From Paraspadella gotoi (lineage: Eukaryota > Animalia > Chaetognatha): 64,000 nt of DNA. The translations under genes and the position numbers were made by a program. Below the pieces are notes generated by a model. It had not been told where the DNA came from. It was given only the letters and a program-made list of their open reading frames with translations, and did not search any database. The DNA lies in the NCBI GenBank assembly GCA_051294375.1, contig CM119263.1:26504258-26568257 (forward strand), in the 5' to 3' direction. Positions 1 to 22,300 of the stretch are shown piece by piece (positions within the stretch are counted from its first letter, which is position 1; each line of letters begins with the position of its first letter).

Positions 1-1249
1 CACACTCCAAAGCTTTCTCGCATTTTCGCTGCATTGCATTTTCTGGAACAGTTGCTCTTTTTTCTCTTTTTTTTTCTCTGGATTCACTGATGACGTCGTC
101 TCAGCTTCCAACTTTGTTTTCTGACCTTGAGCTTTTGATCTTGCCGACGCAGCTGCTCGGAAAGAGAGAAGATGGACGCGAGGACGACAACTACGACGAC
201 ACCGACGACGACGACAACGACAACCACGAGGGCGACGACGACGACGACGACGACGACGATAGAGACGTCTCAAAAATGTGAAATGAGAATGAAATAGTTT
301 TGTACCGTTGAAGAAGAAGTGAAAGAAAAAGAAGGCCTACACTCCGCAGCGCGTGGTTTTTATTTACACGTTAGGAAAGAGAAAGTTAATTAACTTAGTA
401 AAAGTTCTCTCAAGTTGCATTTAACGAGTTTTTTAAACGATCATTAATTGTGGAAATGGCCTTTAAAATCGTTAATAGTCGCAGTTTTTTTAAATTTAAG
501 ATGATTATTCTTTATTCATCGGAGAACGCGATTTTTGTCGCCGTCGTCATCGTCATCATCATCATCGACGTCGTTTTATCGCTTCGTCCCCCCGGATGAT
601 GAGCCTTTTGATTTTCGTCCCCCGGATGAGCCTTTTGTTTTTCGATCACCAGATCCAGGCTTAATGATCCTGCGTTGCTGCGTTTGATGCACTTACGACG
701 CAGAATTTTTTGGGAGGCAATTGAGTGGGGACACNNNNNNNNNNNNNNNNNNNNNNNNNNNNNNNNNNNNNNNNNNNNNNNNNNNNNNNNNNNNNNNNNN
801 NNNNNNNNNNNNNNNNNNNNNNNNNNNNNNNNNNNNNNNNNNNNNNNNNNNNNNNNNNNNNNNNNNNNNNNNNNNNNNNNNNNNNNNNNNNGCATTTGTC
901 AAAAAGGCGAATCTCTTCCATATTTTGGCGTCGAAGGACTTAGGGAAAAACCATTTGTATGCAAGGACCTGAATTTCTATCTCGAGCTAAAAATCCAAGA
1001 ACTCGAAACGAACCGCAAGAGAGAAAATTAAAAGTCAGAGGGAGAAAGAAAATTNNNNNNNNNNNNNNNNNNNNNNNNNNNNNNNNNNNNNNNNNNNNNN
1101 NNNNNNNNNNNNNNNNNNNNNNNNNNNNNNNNNNNNNNNNNNNNNNNNNNNNNNNNNNNNNNNNNNNNNNNNNNNNNNNNNNNNNNNNNNNNNNNNNNNN
1201 NNNNNNNNNNNNNNNNNNNNNNNNNNNNNNNNNNNNNNNNNNNNNNNNN

Positions 1250-2720
1250 ACCCAGAACCCAATTACTCAATGAAAAATCACGATGGAACCATTATTAACC
1301 AATAACCAATCGGGCTGAATCAATTTGATCGCGCATCGAGGAATTAGCGTTTCTGGAATCTAGGACGTTGAGTTAATCTGGTCGCCGAGGCAATTTGCTT
1401 GATTATTCTCTCTCTCTCTCNNNNNNNNNNNNNNNNNNNNNNNNNNNNNNNNNNNNNNNNNNNNNNNNNNNNNNNNNNNNNNNNNNNNNNNNNNNNNNNN
1501 NNNNNNNNNNNNNNNNNNNNNNNNNNNNNNNNNNNNNNNNNNNNNNNNNNNNNNTCTCTATCGCACCGTGTTTAGAGGCTCGTGGAAGCGGCCTTAATGA
1601 GTTCTTTCAGAGGACCCAGCGTTACTGTCGTTGAAAGTTAAATGCCTTTCCTCTCNNNNNNNNNNNNNNNNNNNNNNNNNTCGGTAGATGAGGAGAGAGA
1701 AGATCGATGATAGAGAGAGAGAGAGAGAGAGAGGACGACCGAGAGAGAGAGAGAGAGGAGGAGAAGAGACTGGTATTAAATGGGAGAGGAAGTGATGGGA
1801 GTAAAAATAATAGCAACCTCGCACACAGTTTAAAGATAAGAACTAGATACGAGATCGACGGAGAGAAGGAGGCAGAGTGTGAACTACATCCTGGAGCGAG
1901 AGGCAGAGAGAGAATAGGACGGCGGGAACGAGAGAGGAGAGACGAGACGAATGAAGATGAGGAGAGAGAGGAGAAGAATAGAGATTGGAGAGAGATGGAG
2001 TAGAGTGATCTTGAGGAGAGAGAGAGAGGAGAGAGGAAGGGTCACAATATCGCTTTGAAATTAGATTCTCTAATTCTTTTCATCCTATTTATGACGGGCT
2101 GAACGGAGGGACTTCTCGTTTTCTATTTACAAAAGGAGACCAGGAGATCCATTTAAAAACTTTACATTCCGTTACGCTCCTTGTTTATCTTGTGTTCGAC
2201 GTTTTCATGCATCTATTTTCAAGCCCAAAATCATCCAAATCCGCATTGACCCAGAATAGCCGGCCCAATTACTCAATGAAAAAATCACCATGTTGAACCA
2301 TTATAACCGAATAACCAATCGGGCCCTGAAGATCAATATCGCATCTGCGCATCGAGGGAATTAGCGTCGTTTCTGTTAATCTCAGGACTGGTGACGTTGT
2401 AATCTGGTCCGCCGAGGGGCCCAATTGCTGATGTATTCTCTATCTTCTTCTCTCTCCTCTTTCGTCTCGTCTCTCGCCAGTCTCTTTCCTCTCTCGTTCT
2501 CTTCTTCCTCTTTATCTTTCTCTCTCTCTCCTAACTCTCTCACTCTCTCTCTCCTCTCTCTCTCTTCTCTCCCTCTCTCCTTCTCTCTATCTCTGTTCTT
2601 CTCTCTCCCTTCTCTATCGCCACCGGTTTAGAGGCTCGTGGGAAGGCCTTTAATTGAGTGTCCTTTTCTAGAACCGCCGTTACTGTCAGTTGAAAGTTAA
2701 TAAATGCCTTTCCTCTCTCA
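1250..2720. repeat. Direct duplication of a ~400-bp segment (1250-1655 vs ~2250-2720), probable assembly redundancy
   Basis: acccagaa..cccaattactcaatgaaaaatcac...gaggctcgtgg...gttgaaagtta..aatgcctttcctctc occurs twice, differing by many small indels; the first copy is broken by N gaps. Confidence 0.75.
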
Positions 2721-2974
2721 GGCTTTCCGCCGCCGGCAGCGCGGCGGGCCGTGTAGGTACTTCTCTTTTCTTCTCTCGGGGGGTCACAGGGATCCTTTTC
2801 TTCTCGCGATGTCGTTACGTTTCTCTTTCCTCATTCTCTTGTTCTTCTCTCGGCTCTAGGTTGTTCTTATCTCTCTTCAGTACTAAGAGTCATTTCGTAT
2901 CCTCCAACTTTCCCTTCCTCTGTTAGTGCTTCTCCATTCTTGCTCACCGTCTTTCCCGCTCTTTTAACCAGAAG

Positions 2975-3041
<67 letters not shown>

Positions 3042-4294
3042 GTCTCTCTCTCTCTCCCTCTCTCTAAGATCTCTTCTGTTCCTTTTTCTTCCTTTGCTCC
3101 GCCCGTTTTAATGAATAGTTCATTCTCTTCTTTTATATTATTCCTCCCTCTTGATTTTCATTCATTGTCGGGGAAAAAACGCTTTTTTTCCTTTTTTTCT
3201 TTTCTTTTTTTTTATCTGCTTGAACTTGAAAAATCACGGAAATTGACAATCACTGTATCCCATTACAGACGTGTTTAAATTTTAAAGCCTGGAATACTCT
3301 GAGATTACAAAATTAAGCCAACACTAAAATCTTTCTTTTATACAAGTAAACAGAATTAATCTCCCAAAATTGAAACACTTAATACGTAAAATAGAAAAAA
3401 AACAAACCTGGGACCCTCCTCGCCTTTTATTCCCCATTCCGCCGAAAGATGACGTCAACGACGACGACGACCGCGAGGAAAAAAACAAAATAGCAAATCT
3501 AGTTAAGGGTTTCGTCGGCTCCGCTGCTCAGCTGGCGAACGGCTCTTTCAATACCCCAGTATTTTACTTGATCCTTTGCGGTCGACATCCTCGTCGTCGT
3601 CGTCGTCCTCGTCGTCGTCCTCCTCCTCCTCGTCGTCCTCTTCCTCCTCCCCGTCCTTGTTGTGGTCGTCGTCGATGTTGTCGTTGTTGTTGTCAATGCG
3701 GTCGTCGACGTCGTCGCCATTGTCGCCCCCAATTTCATCGTCACCCTGAATATTGCCCTTTTTACACCTCATTGCAGTCAATTATGCAATCGCCTTTACT
3801 GGCTATTCAGCCATTCCAAATTCTTAATTCCAACCATTGCCATAGTTACCCAATGCCATTGCTGTCAAGTTTGCTAGAGCTTCACTGACACCTTGCCGTC
3901 ACTTCACTCGACGCCGCTGGCATTATGACCACCTCAACTGTCTCGCAATTTCAATCAACTTTTCCGCTCCTTCCTCAATTTTTCTTTCAACTTTGAGAAC
4001 GCTATGCCGCCGCACCGCCGCAACTACCGCCACACGGCCACGCCGTTACGAAGAATCTACACTACACTTACAAACCGGTAGGCCGCCCCACCACCACGTC
4101 GACACGCCGCTACTCCGCCACTCCGCCGCCACTCCTAGCCCGTCGCGCCGTCGCCCGTCCGACGCGAGACCCAAATCAGCTGTGTCATCCGAGACCAGAG
4201 GTTTTTTCGCCCAGATTTCAATTAAGAAGCAGCTGCCTCGATCCGAGGGAGAGCGGGCCGAGATTAATGAAGGCGAGGCCATCGGAAAGGAGAG

Positions 4295-4331
<37 letters not shown>

Positions 4332-4334
4332 AGA

Positions 4335-4365
<31 letters not shown>

Positions 4366-4372
4366 GAGAAGA

Positions 4373-4473
<101 letters not shown>

Positions 4474-4714
4474 CGAATTTTTTGGGGACCCAAGAGAGAA
4501 AAAAACCGGGGAGAAAGAAAGATTTTCTCTTTTCTTGCCAAACGATGCGGGTTGATGAACTATGTGTTTACTCTGTAATGGAGAATAAATATAGAGATGG
4601 AGAGAGTCAGAGCGAGAGAGAAAAAAAGAGAAAGAGAAGAGGAGAGAGAGAGAGAGAGAGATGATGAGAGAGAGAGGAGAGAAGAAAGAGAGAGAGAGAG
4701 AGAGAAGGAGAGAG

Positions 4715-4758
<44 letters not shown>

Positions 4759-5942
4759 AGAGAGAGAGAGAGAGAAATTAAAAATCACTTTCCACTTAAA
4801 GTGAAAGAAAATATTTGATAAATACTTTAAACATGTAATTATGAAAATTGCAAGATTACTAGTTTCATTTTTTTAATTTTTTTTAGTTTAAAAATAATTA
4901 TTATTCCATATTTTATTTATTGTTATCCCTATAATCATGTCTCTGGCAAAAATAATATTCGAATGAGAGGAAAAAGGCGTTTATTGAAAAGGAGAAAAAA
5001 AGGACGAATAAAATAATAACAATGTGTACGTGACTAAAGAGAGGGAAAAAGGTGGAGTGAATATTTTTGAAACTAAAACCTGGACCCCGAAATCCCCGCG
5101 AGCTCGAAGGAGAAGAGGATGAGGAAAGGGGAGGATGACGATGCCTTCGGCTGAACCCCTCCTCCTCATCGGTTATAATATTTTGTGTTAAATATTTACT
5201 TGTTTTACTAAATTATATTTTTTTTATCTATGTTGGGATGGTGCGTTAGTGTTGTCTTCTGGAAATAGAGGGTACATCTACGCAACACAAGGTTAGATTA
5301 CTTTCTGTTCCAGTTTCGTAATTGTATTTGTTAATTGTACATCATCCTGTTGGTAAATCATTAATGAGAAGAACTCATAATATCTAAATAGTCGAACAAA
5401 AAATGGAGTAACGGATAATTTTTGGGGATTAAGGTTATATTGTATGATAATTAGACTACATTATAAGACTACATAGTAGAATTGTATGTTCTGATACATA
5501 CTGGAAAAGTTTTATCGAAAGTTTTTTCGAATGTAATTTAAAAGTATATGTTAAAATTTTTTTGCGTCATTCAATGTTTTTATGATATTACAATGTTATT
5601 CAATGTTATTCAATGTATTTATGATATTACAAGCATCAAAGTCGGAGCGATTTCAATGAATTCATTTTAATTACATAAACAATAGTCTTGGTCTAGTCTT
5701 TTAAGCCACTTCCAAACAAAACAACTTGCAATTAATGTGCAATTAGTTATCTCGTATTGCAAAACCATTTTCCAATCGCCTAAAGAACGTTTCCCTTTTT
5801 TTCTCTCCGTCGATCGTGATTCCAACGGCCATAAACCCTGATCCCCTCTCTCTCTCTCNNNNNNNNNNNNNNNNNNNNNNNNNTCTCTCTTCTCTCTCTC
5901 TTCTCTCTCTCTCTCTCATCTCTCATCTCTCTCTCCTTCTCT

Positions 5943-6017
<75 letters not shown>

Positions 6018-6030
6018 CTCTCTCTCTCCT

Positions 6031-6076
<46 letters not shown>

Positions 6077-7425
6077 TCCGGGTGAGCCTGCTCTAGCAGG
6101 CCTCGCTCGCCCCGAAACAGGAAAACGCGAGGCAAAACGGTGTAAAAAAAACTTTTTTCTTTCCTTTCTTCTCTTGAATCTTGTCTTATCCCTTTCTTTT
6201 TTCTTTTTTCGTTTCTTTCTTTCTTCATTTTCCTTTCTTTCTTTCTTTCATTTTTTTCTTCTTTTTTACTTCTAATTCGCCCGGCAAATATCGTTCTCCT
6301 TGGCTCAGTTATTTTTTTTTGGTAAAAAGTTTTTTTAGAAAAAAAGTAGACTTTTTTTAGCGTTTTTTTTTTAATTTTTGCGGTAAAATAAATTCTGAAA
6401 ATATTTTTTAGTCCTGCCAATGATTTTATTTTCTGCTGCGCTTTAATGTTATATTTTTTAAAGTCTGGATTTCTTTTCTAGAATTCTTAAGCGCAAAAAT
6501 TATTATAGCCGCTTTTGTTTTTGATATTTTGTGTGCTGTCTTTGTTGTATGTCAGCCTCGTTCTATGTATGCAAACTGTATGCCCCAGCCAAGTGTGTCC
6601 ATTTTTCTCATTTCGCGCTCTTTCTGTTTCTCGGTTACTTCTTTCTATTTCAAACTACCATTTTTTTTTTTCCTTTTTCCCTTTTTTTGCCTCTTTTTTT
6701 TATTCTCTATTTTTTTATTTTATTTTCCATTTTTTTCTTTATTTTCTTTTCTTATTTTTCCACGTGTTTCTGTTCAACTTTTGTCACTTTACTTTTTCCA
6801 AATTTTTCCCTTTTCTCAACCTCGTCCTCCTGCTCGTTTTCAACGAGCACCTCGCTCTCATCTCTCTCTCTCTCGCTCGTCTCTCTCCGTCTCTCTCAGA
6901 GATCTCTCTCTCTCTCTCCTCTCTCTCTTGCAGAATTCTTTTGGAGTCCGCCGAAGCTGTGGCGAGGTCTGCCTTGTGAACAAGAACCAGTGGAACCCGC
7001 TTTATTGTCGCCTTTGAGTTTAATCGTCTTCCCTCGGAAGGTTCCTCTGTTTTGAGTCACCACAATCAACTCCGACTCGACTCTTGTTTACAAAATAATC
7101 GATTCCATCATTTCAGACCAAAATTCCAATCTCCCTTTTTTCCTTTTTTTTCATTTTTTTATTCCTTTTTTTTCGAAAATTTGTTTCTGTTTTTGTTTTT
7201 ATTTTTTCAAAAACAAAAAAGAAAACAGAATCGAAATTCAAAAGTCACGAGTCTGCACTTATTTTAAAAAAATTCTTATTTTGCCCCGAAAGAAATTGTG
7301 AGAAAGAAGGTCAAAGCGAACGCGGGTGATGGAAACCAGAAGAATAAAAAAATGGAATCAAAATTTAAAAAAATAAAAATAAAATTATAATAAAAATAAG
7401 AATAAGAATAATAAGAATAAAATAA

Positions 7426-7677
7426 AACAAGAACTGTGATTCTAATGTGTTGCGCCGCAGTAACTTTCTTTTTACGTGTGTTTCCCTTTGATCACATGAT
7501 ATAACATGACATGACATGACATGAGAAAAAAACTTTCTTAGCCCTTGTATTTATGACATGCACTGCATCGAGTCTTTTATTCCTTATAGTTTTAGGATTT
7601 CCTGAAGGTGAAGCTAGCAGTCCCTTAGATTTGAGGTTTTTTTCCTTTCTTAACAAATGAGCAACCAACTATAGGCG
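7426..7677 (-). mobile_element. DINE-1/HINE-like non-autonomous Helentron element, copy 1 (truncated by N gap)
   Basis: Aligns by eye with 26644-27011 and 49410-49948 (aacaagaac..gtgttgcgccgcagtaacttt..acatgacatg..gctagcagtcccttagatttgag..aacaaatgagcaaccaactatag). Confidence 0.7.
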
Positions 7678-7702
7678 NNNNNNNNNNNNNNNNNNNNNNN
7701 NN

Positions 7703-15636
<7,934 letters not shown>

Positions 15637-18600
15637 TGCTCTTTCCGCAAAATTGTCCAAAGGGGGCGTGGCACGTTCGCCGCCTGATTTTATGCGCGTT
15701 TGTTGACGACGACGACGACGACGACGACACGACGCATACATCTACGCCCAGCGCGGATGCGAGCCTTTTGTCCCAGAAATTGCGCCGCGCGCGGAAGGAG
15801 GCCGAAACGCGGAGAGGAAAAAAAAAGGAATCGGGAAACCGGAAGGAGGCGCTTGAGCGCGGACGCGGGACGAGCGCTGGGGCGAAACGAGGGTAGGATC
15901 AAAAGAGAAGGGTGGGGGAGAAGGGAAGTTGGGTGAAGTTCAAAGAAGGATAATGTCGAAAAGATGCAGGACAAAGAAGAAGAGAGAAAAAAAGATATAA
16001 AGAGCGGATGTAGAAATATAGGATAATAATCCAACTTGATTAAGATATGCAAATGAAGAAAAGCCATCGGAATAGTTGGAGAGAAGGAAACATTAAACTG
16101 AACAAAGTCAAATACGTACACAACTGAATTTACAATTTAGAAAAGTAAAATATTTTATTCATGATTTTTTGTGGGTTACAGGGAATAACATGGCAAGGGT
16201 GCTACTGGACTGTCGCATAGCGGGAGTTTCGATTGCAGCGGTGGTCACTGGTTTGGGGAGAGGAAAGTCAAAAGAAAGAAAATCCGCTTTTCGCTTTTCT
16301 TTTGGTTTTTCGCTTCATCATCGTCTCGTGAAGACGATGGCCGCACTGCTACTGTTACGTATCTACAGTATATAAGCCATAATGTTATCTTTTGCGATTC
16401 TTTACAAAAACATAAAACATAATAACTGAGATTAACCTAAGCGGCGTCTTTCTACCGCGTTGTAAAGATTTTTCACTGACGGAGGACTTTAAAAATGAAT
16501 TGAAAAACTTTTTTTTCTTCAAATAAGATGCTTTAAATATAATTTAATCACTTCTAAAGGATGCACCAACTACCAATCAGTTTCCCGCGCAAAAAAAACA
16601 AAAAAAAAAAAAAACAAACAAAAAAAAACAATGAGTCGAATTCACCAAAGTCACCGCGATCGTAAGCCAAGCAACAATTCGCCATCCAATGCGTGAATCG
16701 AAGCGAATGTGAAAAGATCTCAACTCACGCCTCCTTGGTGACGAGAGTGACGGTCGCGTGATTAGCGGACCGAGGGTCACGTGACGGAGAAAAGTGACAC
16801 AAATGTGACGAAGGCGCCGGCGCGTGTCGCTCCGTGACGGTCTTTGGACAAGGCTAGGGCTGTATTATTACTCGTGAGAGCTGGAAGGAAGAGAAGGAGT
16901 AAGAAAAGGGTGTAGGGGTGTCTGGGGTGATTATGTCGAAGGAGAAACGGAATGCACACACTTACGCATACTCATACTTTTATTGTATAATTTTTATTTT
17001 ATATTTGTATACTAGTATAATTATTGTATACTAGCTCGCTGCTCAGCACACTTTTATAAACTCTGAAGCTTCAAATTTCTCAGAGGAACCCCACCCCCCT
17101 TCAGTCGGAAACTCGATCCTTCTAAGCTCAAAGACTTTTTCTCACGAACAAAGTGAGTCAAAGCCACCCTCTACCTCGACTCTCCCTCTCCTCAGTCCTC
17201 ACCCTTTCATTCCTCCCCTTTGGTCACGTGACGTCGAGAAGGAATGGAACCGGAAATCGTCGTCGGGTGATCCGACCTCTTGAACGGTTCCATTTTCGAG
17301 GTCATCGCCTCTTCGTCGAGGTCGCCTCTCTCTTCCACCCCCAACCGGTCCACTTCGCCCTCCATTTGCGGTCTGTAACCACTTTTGTCACCCTTGTTCC
17401 TTTTCGGTTCACTTATAATCTAGAACCACCCCGACCACTTTTTATCCCCTCAATACGGTCGCGGGACCACTCTGAGGTCAGAACCGATTACTTCACTTGT
17501 TCTCCCCCCCGAAAAAAAAATTCTGTCACAAATTCGCTTTTTTCCCATTGATTCTATCACCACTCTGCCCCTACTTATATCACTGAAACTCCAATCCACT
17601 CCAGTTTCCCCTTTTTTTCTCGGATTTTTCGATCCGCTTATTTTCACTCTTACCCACTCTTCCAAAACCCCCTGTCCCCTCACCACCTTCAGCCCCAGTC
17701 ACACCCTCGCGACCCCGAAAATTCGACAATCTGTTTCGTGTACATAAATTGTGTATGGATGGTGCTGTCATGTGTTCTGTTCGTTTCGTCTTTCATGCGT
17801 CGTCGTCTATCGTGTTTCGTCGTCATCGTCGTGTGTTGTTTCGTCGTTCGTCGTGCGTCGTCATGATCTTTTCTCCCTCTCAGCTTCTGATGGGTGTTGG
17901 TGTTTTCTACATATATATGTCTGATCTTTTTCTGTTCCTAGATGTTCTATGTGTCTTGCTTTTGTTCTTTGTTGTTGTTTCTCTGCAAATGATAGCATTA
18001 CGATTATGTGCTTTTATCGCGGTCTTATAACTAGGTGCTCATATGAATAGTAACAATGACCTCAAAGGTGTCTTTAGATACGATCGTATATCCACGTTGT
18101 GTTTATGTCTATCCGTTTGATAAATCGTTTCTCAAAGTTCTTATGGGTACTATTATTAAGAGTCTATAACGAATAGTTATGTTTCTGGAATCTGGGTGTT
18201 TAACTACTGTGTTCACGAAAAAAAAATCTAGGTGATGGACAACGACGACGACGCTAACGACGACTATTATTATCACTCCCACCCTTGGAGATATCCCGTC
18301 AAATCTTCACCCTCCATCACTTCCGAGTCAATGACCTCCACTCTCCACGCCTCCTTCTTCGCCACTCCCCCTCCTCTTCCCTCTTCTCCTCTCCTCCCCT
18401 CCCCTCCCCTTCCCCTCCCAATCCATATCCAACGAATCCACGATCGTGAAGTCGGACGAGGTCGACGAAGGAGGCGGCGCCGAAAATCCTTCATCAAACG
18501 AATCCGCCGCAAAGATCCCTTCACCGGCGTCGTCTTCTTCTCTTCGTCCATCAGCGGCGCCAAAATCTTTCTCCTTCGACGCACCGGCGCCTCTCGGAGA

Positions 18601-19125
18601 CAACGGCGACGTTCGACCTCGCCGCCTCGAAGGTCATTGGATCCGGCGTTGTTCCGATTTCTCCCCGACAGAATTCGTCATCGCGAATCCGATTTCTACC
18701 GGCGACGAATCCTCGCGATTCCGATTCTGGACCGGCGCCGATTCTTCGGCGATTCTGACCCGATCTCGGTTCCGATTCTTGAGCGGCGTCGACGTCGCCG
18801 CGAATTCTCCGTTCGTCGAAGAGTTCGTTCTCTCGTCTTCGTCTTCGCATCGTCTTCTCCTTCTTCCGACCAACGACGACCAAATCGCAAGAGTCGCATT
18901 TCTTCTCTTCTTTTCGACGCCGAAATTCGCAGAGGCGTTTGTCGCAGACGCCGGGACTGGCGCCGCCACGAGAGGAAGCCGCTCGAGCCCCGGAGGCGCC
19001 ATGCGCGCCGACTTGGCCTAGAGGGAAAGGGCGTGATAGCGGGGAGGCGACACTCGAGCTCCAGCGGCGTTGAAAACGGGCCCCGGATCTCTGACGCGGA
19101 TCACGTGATCTTGTTACGCGCTGGC

Positions 19126-19199
<74 letters not shown>

Positions 19200-19368
19200 A
19201 GAGAGAAGAGAGAGAGAGAGAAGAGAAGGTTTTCAGGTAATTTTACGAGAAGAGAGAGAAGAAGATTAGATACAGTTAGTTCTATTTACTTATTTACTTC
19301 CTTCCTCGACTTACTTTCTCTAATCTCCTTACGAATTTTAGCACTTATAAGTTTTCATAACTGAGACC

Positions 19369-22300
19369 TTAATTATCAGCCACTCCGACCTCCTCACCAA
19401 CCTCCACCCTATTTGACTCACCCATCCTCTTCCTCCTCATGATCTCCGCCCTCATCACTTTCAACTTCCACTCCAACTGATCCAACACTTCCGACACGCT
19501 CGACTGCAGCCCGACGAACATCTTGTCCGCCCGCTCATCGCCGTAAGTCCGCAGCATCTCGTCGTACTCCTTCTTTCTCTTTCGAATATCTTCCACGTGC
19601 CGCAAGAACTCTTCGATCTTTCGTAAAGCCTCTCGATCCTCATCATCTTCTTCCTCCTCCTCCTCCTCCTCCTCCTCCTCCTCCTCCTCGGTACACTCGC
19701 ACTGCCGCCGACTCTCTTCCATCATCCGCTGATGCCGCTGCAGGGCCGCGCGGTCTTCAGGCGCGCAGGGAAGCGCTTCGCAGCAGCCGCGCGACGCGGA
19801 ATGCTTCGTCGACCTGGAGAAGGAAGAGAGGCTGCTGCTGGAATAGTAGGGACGCCAGTTTTGCGAAGAGTTTTTGTCCGAGCAGGGAGAAGGCGGGTCA
19901 GTGGACGAGAGAGTTGAGCCGTCGACGTCATCCTCCGGAACATCGTCTTCGCCCAACGTCTCGTCAGAGGGGCTGCGAGAGACGTCCGCGAAGCCGCCGT
20001 CGCAGGACGAGCGTCTCTGGCTTTGATTGGAATTGTCATGGGAACGTGTCGAGCGTTCGGAGGCGAAGTCGTCGGAGCCGGTCCTCCGACGATAGAGGCT
20101 GCGGAGATGATCGATCCGACTCTGGATGGATTCGAAGAGGAGGGCGACGTCGCCGGATCTTCCTTCGGCGACGAAAGGCGACTTCGGACGAGCATTTCCG
20201 GTGAAGTCGTCGTCGTCGGTGGAAACGTCGGTGGAGTCGTCGGCGGATTTCCTTTTTTTTAATTTCAACTTTAATTTAACGTTTGGCGAAAATAGAATCA
20301 CATAATGACATAATGTAACCATATTTGTGAAGGTTTTCATAGTCAGCTAAGGTTGTTTTCCGAAGTCAGAATGTCCTCGGTTACAGCAACACGCGAAATT
20401 CTTAACATATGAGGATTTTTTTAAAAAAAAGTTCTGATTCAATAATACAAGCGCACTCATGAATTATCCGCCTTTTCAAACAAACAAACTTGAAAACATT
20501 ACAAAAATTCAGAGGTGATGTTTTTAAAATGCCCTAAATCTCTTACCGGCGCGAGGAACGAAGTAGTTCCTGGATTTGAGACTCCAACTCCGAGGAAGAC
20601 ACAGAGCTTGAGTCTGATCCCCGCGTTGCTGCTTTTGCCGGAAGCGTTGAGCGCTTTTTGCCGGAAGACTTTCCTTTCTTCTCTTTCTTTTATCGGTTTC
20701 TTAATCATTTTAGATTTCTTGTCCTCTTTTAATTTCTTGTCCTCTTTTGATTTCTTGTCATCTTTGGGTTTCTTGTCCTCTTTAGTTTTCTTGTCTTTAG
20801 ATTTTTTATCGTCTTTTGATTTCTTTGTCATCTTTAGATTTCTTGTCTTTGTCTTTCTTCCCTTTGTCCTTGGATTTTCCTTGTGTCCTTCGACTTTTTA
20901 CTTCCGATTAGATCCTTCTTTAGATTTTCCTTTCTTTCCTCCCGCTCCGATCTTAGTGCTCTTGTTCCCATCCTCTTTCCCTCTTGTTCCCACTTTCCCT
21001 TCTTCTTGTCCTTTCGCGCTCCCTTGATGTTTTCCACCGTCGGGACATTCGGCAGATTTCCTTCCCTCTGCGCATTGACGCAAAAGACGAGAATGCTTCT
21101 GGCGTTGGCGGCATCATGCGCAACGCCCATTCGCATCCCCCAACGCTCCCGTCAAGGCACCGCCGAGTTTGGATTGCGGTCGGTAACTGATGCCACCTTT
21201 ATTAGATTATAGAAAAATATAATTGAATAACAATCAAATTTTCAAATCATTTTATTATTATTTATTTAGAATATCATCCAATAAATCGTTCATTTAATCA
21301 TCGAATCCACTAATCACCCAATCTGCAAATGCTCTCATCCTCTAATCATCTCAACATCCAATCATCTAATCTTTCAATCTTCTAATTATCAAATCATCCA
21401 ACTATCTCACCTGCTGGATTTCGAAAAGGCTGCATCTCTTTGCCGAATACGAAATGTCTCCTGTTCGAGTAGCGAAACAAAGAGTCCATCCCGACGAATC
21501 CGGTGCAGCAGCGCAGCCGCCACTCCTGCCGCAACCGCAGCAAATCTGAGTGGGTGCTGTATTTGCCTAAGAGTAATAGACAAATTTAACAAACGATATT
21601 AAAAGAAATTATAGTTGTTTTTTTTTTTCAAATTTAAAGTCTCAAAAACCTTACCCGCTTTGAACAAGGTGAGTTTCTTGTAACAATCTTCGCAGATTCT
21701 GTCGCTGACCGGAGCCAGAGTCGGGGTGAGTTGGGGTTTATCTTTTAACCAAACGTAAATCGATTGATTCGCGATTCTGAAGAGAAAATCGATCGTTTTA
21801 ATTTCGGTCTTCATTGCGATGTTGCTCTTCAGTCAACATAGTTATTTTATTTTCTATGGGCACACGGCCTGACTGCATGCTCAACCCCGGTGGCACAATA
21901 GTCCATTTAACGGTTGTCAATGCTAAAAAGAGGGACTGGTCGTCTCAGCCACCTGAAGTTTTGAAGCTAGCAAATAACAGGTGGTAACTTTTACTGTCCT
22001 TGTGACGCTAAATTTAGAAACAGTTATGAACGATGAAAAGAAAATAAGTTTCAATCAACTTTCTCCTTCACCTTTGATCCGGCTCCTGATCTCCCTCCGC
22101 CACGAGCGGAACCTTCGTCTGCAGCAACTCCTCCAGATCTTTCAGCAACTTTTCCCCGCGACGCAGCCGGTAGACGTTGCGCGTGAAGCCGAAGCGGTCC
22201 TTCAGGGCGGCGCCGCAGAGTCGGCAGGCGAAGGCCTCGCGAAGGGCGTTGGCGACCATGCGATAGCACGGCGCCGTCCCGTCGCATTCGCATTGAAGTT

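Noticed and set aside
16777-17232. Two GTCACGTGAC E-box/CLEAR palindromes in CpG-rich patches
   Set aside because: Plausibly regulatory, but no transcription start or target gene can be tied to them from sequence alone
18634-18636. In-frame TGA as selenocysteine or readthrough
   Set aside because: No redox motif or SECIS recognised, the true frame is unknown and the local error rate is high
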